From Ylistrum balloti (taxonomy: Eukaryota): a stretch of 64,000 nucleotides of DNA. This document shows, in pieces, positions 49,430-63,049 of the stretch (within the stretch, counting starts at the first letter, position 1; the number at the start of each line of letters is the position of its first letter). The notes beneath the pieces were generated by a model. It was not told the origin of the DNA. It did no database searches and saw only the letters and a list, made by a program, of their open reading frames with translations. The stretch is taken from contig NW_026782393.1 in assembly GCF_031769215.1 (NCBI RefSeq), positions 62,001 to 126,000 on the forward strand, in the 5' to 3' direction. The position numbers and the translations under genes were made by a program.

Positions 49430-52400
49430 ATGGATTTGCGATCAGGTATCACGGTTCTACTAGTGTGTGTGACGTATTTACACGTGCGTTTCACTGCTGC
49501 CACAGTGTCCGGAGTGTACAGGGACAACGGAGTGGACAGGACAGAACGGACAACTGAATTCTCGAACCGGGATAAACGAGAAATGCAGCATGAAATATTG
49601 ACTTTGTTGGGACTCCACCATCGTCCAAAACCAGCTGGACACAGTACAACAGACTATTCGGCCCCACGCTTTATGCTGAATCTATACAATTCCATCACAT
49701 CAGACGGGGGTATCGTAGACGAGGGAAACCAGCGTCAGTTCAGTCGAAACGTCACAATCGAAAATCAGGTTGAACCTATCGACGGCAGTGACGTCATCAT
49801 GAGTTTTGTTAACCACGGTGAGTAATTAACGACACTGTCTACATCCCTGTTATAATTAAACGAGTTATTAAAATGTCAAAATTACTTGGGACTGAAAAAC
49901 TATCGAATGTGCACGTAGAAATGTATTACAGCATATGTACAACGTTCTCTCCTATTTTCACATACAATACTGTCTTCAAAACAGCCTTTTTGTCTACAAC
50001 TTTCACGGACCTAAAACCACCCAACATTCTTTATTGTATATAAATTCCTTATAGATTTATATATTCGGTATATGTTTTTCCTTACCAAGGTTGACGACTA
50101 TCAAAAACATATTTAGGAGAGAAGTAAGCGACATACCTATTCATAGTTGTACTAGTTTCTGATATATTTATCAACTGACTGTCTTTTTTTTTTTTTTTTT
50201 TTAGATATTTCTTGGATCTGTAGCATTAATGTTCTTGTATATAACGTTTTCTGATAGGATAGAAATCCGTCCATTGTAATAAAACAAACCCGAAATCTAG
50301 GGTATACAATTGTCATTCACATACTGTTTGACAGTTGGATAACACATCATTTTGTATCGACACGTAAGTTGCATACCATATTTTTAATTAGAGCTGAAAA
50401 TGTATACAATTTTCACTGGTATATTCATCTGAGAATAACAATTTGTTGATAAGATTAATTAGAATCGCAATTATCTTTAAATCATTTTAAGTACATTACT
50501 GTAAGGACATGTCGGATAAATTTCCGTATAAGTAACACTTTTCCATGGGTACAAAACCTGATGTAGCATTAAAACTCTTAGATATACACCTATTTTGTGT
50601 ATAGAGCTTCGAGTACAAATGCATATTTACTGTTACACAAAGTTATGGGCACAGTTTCAGTCTCTTGTTATACAAAGTTCTTGGGATACAAATATATTTA
50701 TAGCATCTTATTCTACAAAGTACTAAGTATACAAAGTTCTTGGGGTACAAATATATTTATAGCATCTTATTCTACAAAGTACTAAGTATACAAAGTTCTT
50801 GGGATACAAATATATTTATAGCATCTTATACAAATACTAAGTATACAAAGTTCTTGGGGTACAAATATATTTATAGCATCTTATTCTACAAAGTACTAAG
50901 TATACAAAGTTCTTGGGGTACAAATATATTTATAGCATTTTATTCTACAAAGTACTAAGTATACTAAGTTCTAGTGTTAATTGATGTTATTTTTATACGT
51001 GCATATTCTCGAAGAAATTTTTTTTTCACGATTTTATTTCATTTACCAACATTTTAAACGTACAGCTAATCATTTATTGTTATTATCCACTTTTTTACCC
51101 CTCTTAAATAAAACACAACACGTCGATTTCCCGGTCTCCAACACAATCAATTAAAACTACGTATGAATTATGGTCATACGTGCTGTCTACGTCAAATTTG
51201 ACATGAAACACTCGACACTATAATAATAAATGTAATGATGGATTACCCTTCCGCGGGCCCCCGGCGAGTTTTCCATTGATCATCAGGGTCATGTACTTAT
51301 GATGGGTAAAATGTTTACCATTGTGCTTTGTGTTGAAGTTTAAAACTTTACGATTTAGTGATAATCTGCCTCGATTACACGGCCGTGAGGCCAGGTGTTT
51401 GAACGATAGGCTCTTGTGTAGATTTAGACGGTTACTAGATGACTTCGTCAACTCCTCACACGTAAATTAAAGTTTATTGACGAGGTCTAGTTAGCTTTTA
51501 GGGATATTCGTTTCACCAAAAAATGGCTATGATATATTGCATAAGCTCAAACTAGTTTCACGGCGTTAGTCAACGTAACGTGTTCACGTGTTTTACGCTG
51601 TTTTCAGAAAGGTGATTGATTTTTGAAAATTCAAACATAAAATAAGTTAATATATGCAGAGACGTACATATCACATATATACGTCTCTGATAGATGTAGT
51701 TAAGATTTTACAATTACAACGATTCTGATTTAAGAAATTGTTGACGTATTGGTGTGAAAATATTCAGAACATAGATAAGAATTTACAGATGTTTTTTTCT
51801 ACTAGTGGTATATTAGGCGCGTGTACCGGTCAAATTTTAATTGAAGCACACCTCTCCTAATTGTGTAATAAAGTCCAATAACGCCCCTTAAACATATAGA
51901 TACAATGAAGTTTCATATCGCAATGTAGATTTACAATGTAGAATCATAGCAAACATATTTGTAGTAACATATCACATATGTAATATATGATTGTACGATT
52001 TTTATATCTATATATTTTACCTACTTATCTACTCTGTATGGCCGTTACCGTAGTAAATGAATAAAAGTGTACAAATGTGTAGAAATTAAGTTTATTACAA
52101 AGGTACTACGTAACATGCATACGAGTGTGTATGCCCCCCACCCCTCCTCTCTCGGTCTCGCTGTAGCCGTATGAACATTTTTGTACCGATAGATAACATC
52201 CTTGCGTTGCCATGCTTTTTGTTAGTAAACAGAGATCAGAATCACTTGCATTTTATGGAAGGGAAATTATCTCAAAATAATCTGATGCTTTCTGTAAACT
52301 TTCCCGTCACTGTACGGCAAAACAACTTCAATAGGATCAACGGGGATTTCGTCACGTCCTTATCTAGAACGTAAATCACACAAAATTTTGGAAGATTCAC

Positions 52401-55400
52401 AGATTGTTTTTCAGAATATACTCCAACACACTCAATTAGTGTTTTATCTCCCCCCCACTCCCCCCTCCCACACACACACACACAAAAAGGTCCGAAGATT
52501 GTCTCGTCAGATGCAAAATATCCTTATGATTTTTCTCGCTCATGGCAAAAAAAATCTGTGATGTTGCGGTTAAACAATACAATGAGTAATTTGGTTGGCA
52601 AAACACTCAATAGTTAGATGGTTTAGAATGGATTCTTCTGTCGCCAATAGGAGCATGATGTATAGCCCCATGTACCCCCATAAACTAGTAGTTAAGTAAT
52701 GTATCGGTAAAGATCAGTTCTTGCCTTTTCTGGAGCAAAGGCAACCTGCTTTTTTCAAACGACGTCCACGTCACAGGATGGGTAGGGAGTTTGGAGAGTG
52801 TGTATATTCTGCTAAGTTTATTGCTCGGCGAAGAGCCCGGGCCACCTTGAGGTGCGGAGAGTCTCAATGTAGTAGCGGGTGGCTACATCGCTGAACAACA
52901 TACGCGAGTCCCGCCGCAGGGCAGGAAGAGAAAGCGTCTTGCGCAGGGACGCAACCACTACTGCACAGACTAGTCCGTTTCTGAGCTTCCTAAGAAACTC
53001 AAACCGCCATAGGTATGGAGAGTCGAATGACATGCCTCGGATTCACCCGGATGACGTAGGTCAACACTGAGCCATCGCGGCCCGGAGTAAAGGGTACAAA
53101 TACATAACGGATGATGTTTAGAAACATTTTTCTGGCTGTAGATTTGTAGATCTTTTCTACAATACTCAATGTTTAGACAAACCTTTCCCAAATACTTTAT
53201 CTTGTCTCATTTGCCAAGTGTTGAAACCGTTTCGCTGTGAACCATTAGGGCGTGTGTGCGTTGTACTAAGTCGGAAATTGACGTAAATTGGATTTAATGC
53301 ACAGAGGCCTGTAACTGTGTACCGATGTCGACCTTTTAACTTTTTTTTTACAGAGAGGTTATTTTCGGTGGTAGTCTTATACATATATATCAAAAACACT
53401 CGTTACGGAGAATAATTTCACTTGTAAGGAGAGGAGGAAGAGCGTTATTAACCATATCACGTTTCAAAACTGGAGAATGAACACGTGCAGACGTTCTTGA
53501 AACTTTAAAATACATATCTTTATTACTTGTAAATATCTGTTTTCGGATTTATGTAGTTTTGTCGGTGTTTACAATACAGATTAAGATATATAGTGGAGTG
53601 GTTTGAACGCAAGCGCAAATACTGTAACATGTTAATAATGCTGGTGCGTAAACTTCCTTCCCTCCTTAGTTTTAATGAGCTCATTACGTTGCTTGTTTAG
53701 TATAATACTGTTGATTGGTAATGTCCGTGTTTGATATCCTCCTAACAAGATTTATTGACAGTGGCAATGTATCGGAAACGGGTAATACGTCCATTGAATT
53801 ATACTGCTTGTCGTGTACATCTGATTATCATTACACTCGGAACTCATCCAATTTTACATACACCACAAACGTATGAAGCACCTGTGATGAGTTCCGAGTA
53901 ATTATATTAATTAATGTACGCACAGACGTTTTTCTAGGTAGAGGATATTATAGTGCACGTATAATGAAAGTTATATGTTAGATTATCGGTTTTGCCAGGT
54001 CAGTAAAATAAAAAATGTTTGTGTTTCTGATAATTTGGCATTTTCCATGTATTACGGTTTTTATAGAAGGAGACTGCAATGCACTTTTGGAAAGAAACTC
54101 TCGTTTCTGTTTCATCAATACTCCACTTTACTGCTGTAAATCTAGTTTGAGCGGGTTGTAGGGTAAAAATCATCGTTACTATCTTAAGAAAATCCTTGCC
54201 ATACTCTCTAGTAGCTTCGTTCCTCGAGAAATTTTGGTCATGCTTCAGGCAATTGGTCCTCTTCTTGATTGCGGTTAAGTCAAAGTGGACTCGCCAGTGG
54301 AATTATATAGTTTGTTAGGCCTTGTTTGAGATGTTCTTGTCACGAATGACAATAATAATTGTTTTAATATTTTCAAATATTTTCAGCTAAAAAAGAAAAA
54401 CATTTACGTCGCCAGAAGGACCGAACATTCTATTTTGACTTCAGCGAAATCACACCGAAGGAGACGGTTGTGAGGGCTGAACTACGTCTTTATAAAGAAA
54501 AAGCCAGCAAGTGGAAGAAACATAAATTTCAAGTTCAAATCTACATGATCCAGCAAGGGAACAACCCGGAGTAAGTTTTGGTTGAGTGAGGATAATTCTT
54601 CTGTGGTGTACAAACATATATTCCTAACCGTGTATCGTTTTATTTGATCAGTCGATGTACGTGAAACTTGTCTTACTGTAAGACAGTGATTTGGCACGAA
54701 TTTCCGACCCACGATCCATATATTTATCATAGCAACATATATGTATATATATGGACCATGGGTCGAGAATTCGTGACAAACCTCTTATGCAATGTGCAGT
54801 CGAATTGAATCAGTCTCTCATCGTGATGTGACGTCATATTGGAATCACAACAAACTGTTGCCCAGTGGATTGCACTTGCTTTTAACCAATAGGCGTCCGG
54901 GGTTTGATTCCCGGAACGAACCGGAAAAGATATGGGATCACCTGTCTGACCACGTAGGGTCCTCCTACCATAAGGCCCGTCACGCGCTTTCATCTGAACC
55001 AATAAGAATGGTAAACATGAGCTAACATAAGACGTGTCTCGCAATTGTCGTAAAATTGATAAAGATTTACTTAATTACATGATTAAAGCTGTTAAACGTT
55101 AATCAAAATTACTCTATGAGTAAAGTTATTCAGGGCGCAGATCGAGACATGATCAATGGTCAGTTCACGCGATTACAAACTCGCCAGGCCATAGTTATTC
55201 TGTCTATGGAGTGTTTTAGCTGCCCTAAAGAATCCTTTTTTTTTGTATTGGGATTCAAATTATATTGATTAAACACTGAAAATACTGAATATCATTCGGG
55301 AGAGCTGACCGCATAATGAAGGTTATCAAATGGAGTTTAATATCTAACAGTTCCATAAATAAACATCACGTTGTTATGAAATCTCGTGTATGGCTGTGAT

Positions 55401-58400
55401 TTTGATATGATTGAGCGACATACTAATACCATGATTTAGGACACAGGAACGAATTTCAGAAAAAAAAATCGTACACCAGCAGTCAGGTTGTTTCTTATTT
55501 CTACAGAATTATAGCTTAAGTTTTAGTGGTTGAATTTCTACTTAAATTCTTATTAGGGACTTGTTCATGAGTTTAAAATCCTCCACGGGTATCAGTTTCA
55601 TCAATACTCAACTGTCATTATTGAAAAACTCCGCGACTGCGAACGGAAGCAAATTTTAATAAGGTTTTTAAAATTATATATACATAGTTCATGAAATAAA
55701 TCAAATGCACGATTAAAATGGTTGACACTGTAATTTCGTTTTGTATTGTGCTCTAGAGTTAAATTTATTATTCAATACAAAAGCTGTTGCCAACCATAAT
55801 TGCCTTACGTGCTATTTGACAAAAACGGTTAAGAGTTTTTGGTCCAGGTGAACTAAGGTCCGGTATCGTGTTTAGTTTTATATATCTCTCAATTTAAGTG
55901 TCTTGTCACTCACTAAACAGATATGTATTAGGTACGGAATTATCAGATACTTTCGAGTTAATAATAACACTTATTTGAACTTATGATGATATCGAGAAGT
56001 ATTTTATACGTCACAAGCATAGGTCTAGTTAATGAGCCCGAAGCAGTGGAGCGATCTTCAAAACTAATTCTTCACGATGATTGGTAGTTCTGTAACAAAC
56101 ACTTAACGTACTTGAATAATTTCTTAACTTGTAATTGTCGAAACTGATATTTGAATTTTGAAAAAAAATATGGAAACTACGATAAAACATTGATAGTTAT
56201 CGGCTGGTTACAAAGACTATTCATTTTAAATCATCAAAATTTGAAGATATATACCGTACCTGTTCATGTCAATATTGTCTGCTTTACCTGGTGACATTGT
56301 TTGTACATGTTTTACCTGTATCACGAATTGACATTTCCTTGTCTCTCCAGGAACTACGAGATTGTTACAGAAAACAATCTCACTGTGAGGGCTAACTACC
56401 AAGGCTGGCTGACCTTTAACCTTACAAACGCAGCCTCGCATTGGACATATTCCCCATCCTCAAACATGGGCCTGTTTATGAAAGTCATATTCCTGAAAAA
56501 AAGTAAGTCAGTGAAAAATAGATACTCGAATATCGCTTAAGGATGTATGCAACCTTAGAATTTCATTATTCTCTCACGACCAGGTGTGTTACAAATATTT
56601 ATTTTCATTTAAGATGGACTTTTAACACCACTGTATTTTTATAATTAGTTTTTAATAATCTCTACAAAAGAAGTATATGTAAGTTTTGTTGTTTGTAGTA
56701 ACCAGTGAAAGTAGTGTTGATTTCCCTGCCACCAACAAAAAAGATTTATACAGAAACTTATTTACAATGTGTAAAATAATAAATTGTGACCGGTACAGCG
56801 GACGAACATAGATATCGAAGGTTCGTGCCGGTATATATATAGATATTGGTAAATTTTGCCCTTTCTAATCACTGGTAATACCCCATGTAATGAAAAAACA
56901 TAATTACCGACATTTCTCGAGATGTATACGTTTCTGCTGTAAAATTGTCCTTAAATTCGTTTTCTTCTACATTATTCATCAAAATTCAAAAATTGCATAC
57001 TTTTTCGAAAAAAATATCTGATAAGGAACGACAACTCTGGGTAGAAATGGCCCCCTCTGCATTGCATTTATCTGACGTCATTTTAAATACTTGGTAGAAT
57101 ACTGATTTTCTTTTTCAGATCGTGATGTTAAACCGGAAAAATTCGGAATAGTGGGACGAAAGGGACCGGAATATAGGCAGCCTTTTATGGTCGGCTACTT
57201 CCGGTCCACACAGGAACTGCATGTCCGGAAGACTCGTGCAGCAGTTAGACGAAGAATGAAGGAAGCTGCTTATTCTTCCGACGAAGAAGAGGAAGAATAT
57301 TCTTACACTAGGGCTCTTCGCAGTACGTGTTATAATACAGGAACAGTCTTCACTCTAATTAATGTTTTTTTTTACATATTTTCCGTACGCTAAGGTCGAG
57401 ACACATAGGTGAATTGGTGAAAGTACAATATTTCATCTGTATATTTGCATTAGTATCTTTGCCTGTACCACAGAAATGGAGTTGCCAGGAAATCTCTGCG
57501 TTATTTATACACATGTGCATTACAAGCTGCCAAATTTTCATTCCTTCAATAGTTACATTGTAGATTAAAACACTTGTTATAGAACTATAAATATCTTCGA
57601 TTAAAATTCCAAATTTAGCAATTTAATCCACATTTTTTGTATTTTGAATGGGAACATCTCGAATGTTTTCGGTAATTATTTAAAGCAACCTTTTCGCAAT
57701 TTACAAGGTTGTAATTGACTCCATCTTCCATGTATCCTTTCACGGCTTGTCCTGAGATATATGGCGTGAAATGACATCCTAAATTGCTATAATTATTGCT
57801 AAAATGATTTTAAATGTAGAACTGAACCTTTGTTTTTTTTAATAATCCAGGAACTCCAAGGAGAGTGCCCCGACAATGGCCTTGCCAGAGACGGACATTG
57901 TATATGAAGTTCAGAGATCTTGGTTGGCAGGTAAGTTCACTTAATAAAAACCAGTGATAGTAACATCAATATCATGTGTATGCTTGCAAGCTTTAAATTT
58001 AAGAAAATGGTTACGATTAGTAAGACCGTATTGGGTTTATTAGGTGATTCCAAATGTAAAGGAACATCATTGATTTTATTGAAGTCCATCATGATAATTC
58101 TTTTTATAAAATCATGAATTTTACGGGCACGAAGTGGTGGTGCAAGAATTTTGAGGTCACGGGAAATGGTCACATATCATTTATATACCACGTGGTTTCA
58201 GGCCACATGCCATTTACGTAGCACGTTGTTTAATGCCACATATATCATTTACATATCACGTGGACAGTATGTTTACACTTTTTTCAAGTCGGAAGAAGAA
58301 CTTTAAACATTCTATATGCACTAGAATAAAATTTAACTTTGTCACGCTGTTTTTATTTTAGAACTGGATTATCGCCCCTGATGGATTCAAGGCTTTTTAC

Positions 58401-58622
58401 TGTGATGGGGAGTGCTCTTTTCCACTCGGGGCCCATATGAATGCCACCAATCACGCAATTATACAAACTCTCGTGCACCTAATGACCCCGTATAAGGCTC
58501 CAAGTCCAGGATGTGCTCCAACAAAACTCGGATCCCAATCGGTGCTTTATTTTGATCATAATTATAATGTTGTTTTAAAACGTTTTCCTGATATGATAGT
58601 TAAGGCATGTGGTTGTCATTAG
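49430..58622 (+). CDS. TGF-beta superfamily ligand, BMP5-8/gbb (BMP7-like) subgroup, 422 aa
   Basis: Exons 49430-49817, 54387-54570, 56351-56502, 57119-57322, 57851-57930, 58362-58622; GT-AG, phases consistent, total 1269 nt. Signal peptide; prodomain [43 protein letters not shown]; mature domain [51 protein letters not shown]. Orthologue versus paralogue not resolved, so no symbol given. Confidence 0.93.
50668..50968. repeat. 59-bp tandem repeat, about 5 copies, in BMP intron 1
   Basis: tagcatcttattctacaaagtactaagtatacaaagttcttggggtacaaatatattta recurs at 50701, 50760... Confidence 0.92.
52690..53083 (-). mobile_element. Probable CORE-type tRNA-derived SINE in BMP intron 1
   Basis: On -: head gggccgcgatggctcagtg (A-box-like), gggtgaatcc (degenerate B-box), gcgtccctgcgcaagacgctt resembling the CORE motif GTGTCCTTGGGCAAGACACTT; GC-rich block in AT-rich surroundings. 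Confidence 0.55.
54691..54779. mobile_element. Mini-MITE, about 33-bp TIRs with an AT-rich spacer, in BMP intron 2
   Basis: ttggcacgaatttccgacccacgatccatatat versus atatatggaccatgggtcgagaattcgtgacaa. Confidence 0.7.
54852..55078 (+). mobile_element. tRNA-derived SINE, same family as 16111-16289
   Basis: A-box-like ttgcccagtgg, B-box-like ggtttgattcc, shared gaaaag..ggtcac/gatcac and cgctttcatctgaaccaataagaatg blocks, AT-rich tail. Confidence 0.7.
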
Positions 58623-61600
58623 CCAATGAAAAGTGCGGTTACTGTTGATTTAATTTTCATCAAATGGAGTTGCAAGCCAAAGAAAATGTTGTGTTTGTGT
58701 CACGTGGCTGACATTGACCAATGAAGACCTTTGTTACATACCATGGTCAATTGACAACAGTGTGCTATATTTAATGTGATATGGAAACTGCGCACGCGGA
58801 ATTGCAACGTCTGAGATGGTCAGTTATATAAATGACACATTTAGATTATTCTGATTCCAAAGACTGTACCGTCTATGACTTTTGATAAGGTCCTCGTTCA
58901 AACCAGTGTTAGTGAACTTGTACAGATATATCACACTTGACATTGTTAGGTGCGATATTGCCAGTATTAGAACGCCGAAGTTGACAAAGTTGAAGAATTA
59001 GGAAAGAAAGACCAGAGTGTGGCACTGTGTCCAGATTTTTGTCTGGAAGGTCACACTGTACAAATGGACCAATCCAGTATGATTTCTAACAAAGTGGACC
59101 ACCCTGTTTGTGCTATACAACCGTCATTCTTCTCTGTATGATTTCCGTTCAATTTGTGTAAACTGTGTGAAAGGAGTCCGTGATGTTTTACATGATTTCT
59201 GGGCAGTTTGGGTATTTTTTTTTCATATAGAACAAATTTTCAATGAACATTTTTTTTATACGGAACAAATTGTATTCATGTGAAATTTGATCATAACTCC
59301 GAGCTTCAGGAGGGAGATATTTGAAACATCACAGACTCCTTTTACTTAGAAGATGAAGTAAATGTTTATTTGTATATAACATATGTATCAGAATGGATAG
59401 ATCTGACGAGAATATTTAACGTATGTGATGACAAACTATGCAATTTTGCGTTATAAAAATGGTGAAATTAACATATTTAAAAATAGGCCAGACATTTAAC
59501 ATATTTATGTTGTTTTTCATATATTTATTCCTTTCGGTCTTGTTCCTATGTTTCTCAATAGCATAAACATTCAACAGTCTACACACTTTTCCTCTCGTAA
59601 CTCAAACTGAAAAATACATAATCTACATGATAGAAGAAATTCAAGAGATTTGATATGAGCTGTCAGTTATGGGTTTTTCTCGATAAATATGCGATGTGTA
59701 AGAATTTTATTCCCTTTCCCATTTGCGCTGTGGAGGATGTACAAAATGTAATTCGATCCCAAGAGACTACCTTGAATTGGTACAAAACGGAGCTCACCAC
59801 ACACATTGATTATCATTACGACTTTGCGCGTGCATTAACTATACACGTGCGTTATCATGTCGTTTGTGATGATATACAAATCCAGGTGTTCTGGCTGTTT
59901 TAATACATACACGCGTCTTTGTTAGTGTAATTTCATCTTACACAGAAAACAAATACAATCATTATAATGAACCCTTGTCAACATTTCCTTACATTTACCA
60001 CGTGACATGATGCGAGTTGATTTGTGGTCAAGCTGACTATTCTCTGAACAAGCGTATCTCTGTTTACAAGTTTACTATTGTACTCCAATTTGACCCACTG
60101 GAGTTCAGATAACTAGATATAGGTATAGAGTGTTTGGTTCGTGAGATTATCAGTCTTAAGCCAACGTGAGGCGTTTCTTGGTATACATTTGAATATTAGT
60201 TTCCCTCCATCTTCTCGACCACATTTTTTTTTTACTGAATCATCACAATTTATTTTCATATGATTGATTATCTTTATCTTGACGCAATAACAGAATTATT
60301 TTCCCCGGTGTACAGTTGAATTTATACCCACCAAAAGTCATCCCACTCTTCGTGTAGCTCAGACCGTTGGTAATTATTAACACAAGTCAGGCCAGTCCAC
60401 TATTAATGAGGGGTAAATTTATTTATTGCATTTAACAGAATTGGCACTAGAAATAGATCTGTTTATGGGGAGAGGGTAGGGGTCAATCTATTAGACGAAA
60501 AGATACCTAATGCAAACCATTGATAAAGAAAATTTTTGTATTGAATCGAATTTCTGTTGAGCGAAGAAGTCGCATTACGCATAAATGCTTTTAAGAGTTA
60601 TTTCTGTAGAAAACCGTTTAAATATAGAAAACATTTGAAATATGACAGATTAGAACTTATGGTTTACAAAATTTGAACTATTTTTCACATTTTTGATGAG
60701 AAATGATGTATATATTTATTTTTTCCTAATATTATGAATTAACGAATATTTTTGCATGTTTTCGTGTCTGTTCTGGAATAAAGTGCTAATATTGATTTGT
60801 TTTTCTTCGTCTGTTTTGTCTCTGCTTCTGTCTCAGATTTACAGATATCTAAATACACACTTTCGTGTCTGAAATTATTTTTCATTCAAGTTTTAATTTT
60901 CTGACACGAGGTAAAAGAAAGTAGCATAAGGGTACAGTAAATTTAACAGATTTCACTTCAAGTGTAGAACCTGATATTCTTGTGATGCACATCTTCAACG
61001 TTAAAATGATATAGCCGATATGTCATTATATGATCTCGATGTCCGGCTAGGAATCGTACCCGAGACCACTGCCAGACAACACAAACACCTTTCCCTTCAA
61101 ATGGAAGCAACTGATACTGTACGTTAAGGCGTGCTCTCTTCTCCCGGAAAGAATTCGTCCTCAACTTTTACAGATGTAAAAATGATGCTTGTGAGCCATG
61201 CTTTGCATTTTGTCAATACTTCTGGAATCAATTCCTCGACGATGATATTACATAGTTTTTATCATATCAATGAGTCCGCCAGGATTGATTTCTGAACCAT
61301 TGTCCTACCAGAGTGAAATTCTCCCTAGCCTTGTCGACAGAAAGTGTTTCACCCCGAGTGACATGAACCACAGCGTGAAGACATGTTGAACGAACATAAC
61401 AAACTAAAGCAAAGCCATTAACTGGAACGTGTATATGTAGCGGATCATCATTTAGAAGCCGTATTATCCTTTCCCTTGGTTTGAAATGTGATATTATCTG
61501 TTAAATCAAGCTGTATTCATACTTAATAGTAAATAGTATGGATGACAAATGTTACAGGATTAAAAAGAAACAGACAACAAGAAACATCAACAAATTAAAA

Positions 61601-61989
61601 TATCACGTGTTTGGCTTGAGTAGTCCAGTGGCGATGATAAACCTGATATGCGAAATTCCATGTTAAGGAACACCAACAATCTTCAAAAATGTACGTGTTA
61701 AGAACTTGTTGTGAGAATTATTAGATAATAAAAATAAAGGTTATGTCATTGGTCTTTCCAATATTGTAAAAGTTAAGACGAAAATATCAGAGTATATCTG
61801 TAGGGGATATCTCATGTGACTTGTTCGAAAAATCTAAATCTCAGTTAGAAAAGATAACGGGGCTAATCAATATTGCTTTTATATCTAGATCGAAATCAAA
61901 TGTGATAGCTTGGTCAATTTACCCGATCTGAGTTACAGCTTTATCACTTTGGCATGTTAAATAAGTCCGGTTATAATCATTACAGGCAT

Positions 61990-62700
61990 CTGATGGTCCT
62001 GAACACCGCCTGTGATGGTCCTTAACATCGCCTGTGATGGCCCTTTACATCGCTGATGATATCACTTAACATCGCTATTGATGGTCCTTAACATCGATTG
62101 TGTTGGTCCTTAACATCACTGATGATGGTCCTTAACAACACTGATGATATCTCTTAACATCACTGATGATGGCCCTTAACATCACTGATGATGATCCTAA
62201 ACATCGCTGATGATATCACTTAACATCGCTATTGATGGTCCTTAACATCGATTGTATTGGTCCTTATCATCACTGATGATGGTCCTTAACAACACTGATG
62301 ATGGTCCTTAACAACAATGATGATATCACTTAACATCACTGATGATGGTCCTTAACATTACTGATGATGATCCTAAACATCGCTGATGATATCACTTAAC
62401 ATCGCTATTGATGGTCCTTAACATCGATTGTGTTGGTACTTAACATCATTGATGATGGTCCTTAACAACACTGATGATATCACTTAACATCACTGATGAT
62501 GGTCCTTAACATCACTGATGATGATCCTAAACATCGCTGATGGTATTACTTAACATCACTGATGATAGTCCTTAACATTGCTTGTGATGATCCTTAACAA
62601 CGTTGACGATATTACTTAACATCGCTATTGGTGGTTCTTAACATCGTTAATGATATTAGTTAACATCGCTGATGATGGTCCTAAACCGCCTGTGATGATA
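61990..62700. repeat. 22-bp minisatellite (gatgatggtccttaacatcact) with higher-order blocks
   Basis: Directly visible; variant block gatatcacttaacatcgctattgatgg recurs at about 62058, 62212, 62388. Confidence 0.93.
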
Positions 62701-63049
62701 CTTAAATAGAACATAACATGGTTATCCAAATCGGACAAGATACTAATCACGGCTATAGATAAGTGGTACATGTGACGATACACTGATTCACCTGTCCGAG
62801 TCATGGGATGGATTTTATAAAGGTGTTGACATACTTATATATTAAATATGTATAGTTTTAAGTACATGTACAGATAACTTATTTATTACGATATGAAATC
62901 ATTCAATCTATCAATGGCGTCGACTGTGGAGGACCCAATAGAGAAGCGAGTAAGTAAATGGAGTATGACGTGAGTAAATTATTCATATAATCATTTTCAT
63001 TGTTTATATATGTAAGTTTACTGTAAATATACAGTAAAACAACGATATC

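Noticed and set aside
50597-50958. ORFs with repeated [23 protein letters not shown]
   Set aside because: Translation of the 59-bp repeat.
52690-53083. RNase P/MRP or other structured ncRNA in the GC-rich intronic block
   Set aside because: Conserved P4/CR-V motifs not found; a tRNA head plus CORE-like motif explains it better as a SINE.
60960-61400. B-box-like gggtacgattcc on - and a short frame NYVNIIVEELIPEVLTK
   Set aside because: No A box or tRNA fold, and the frame is interrupted; too degenerate to call a SINE or pseudogene.
61990-62700. Many TGATGA and CTGA boxes suggesting a snoRNA cluster
   Set aside because: They are part of the 22-bp repeat unit.
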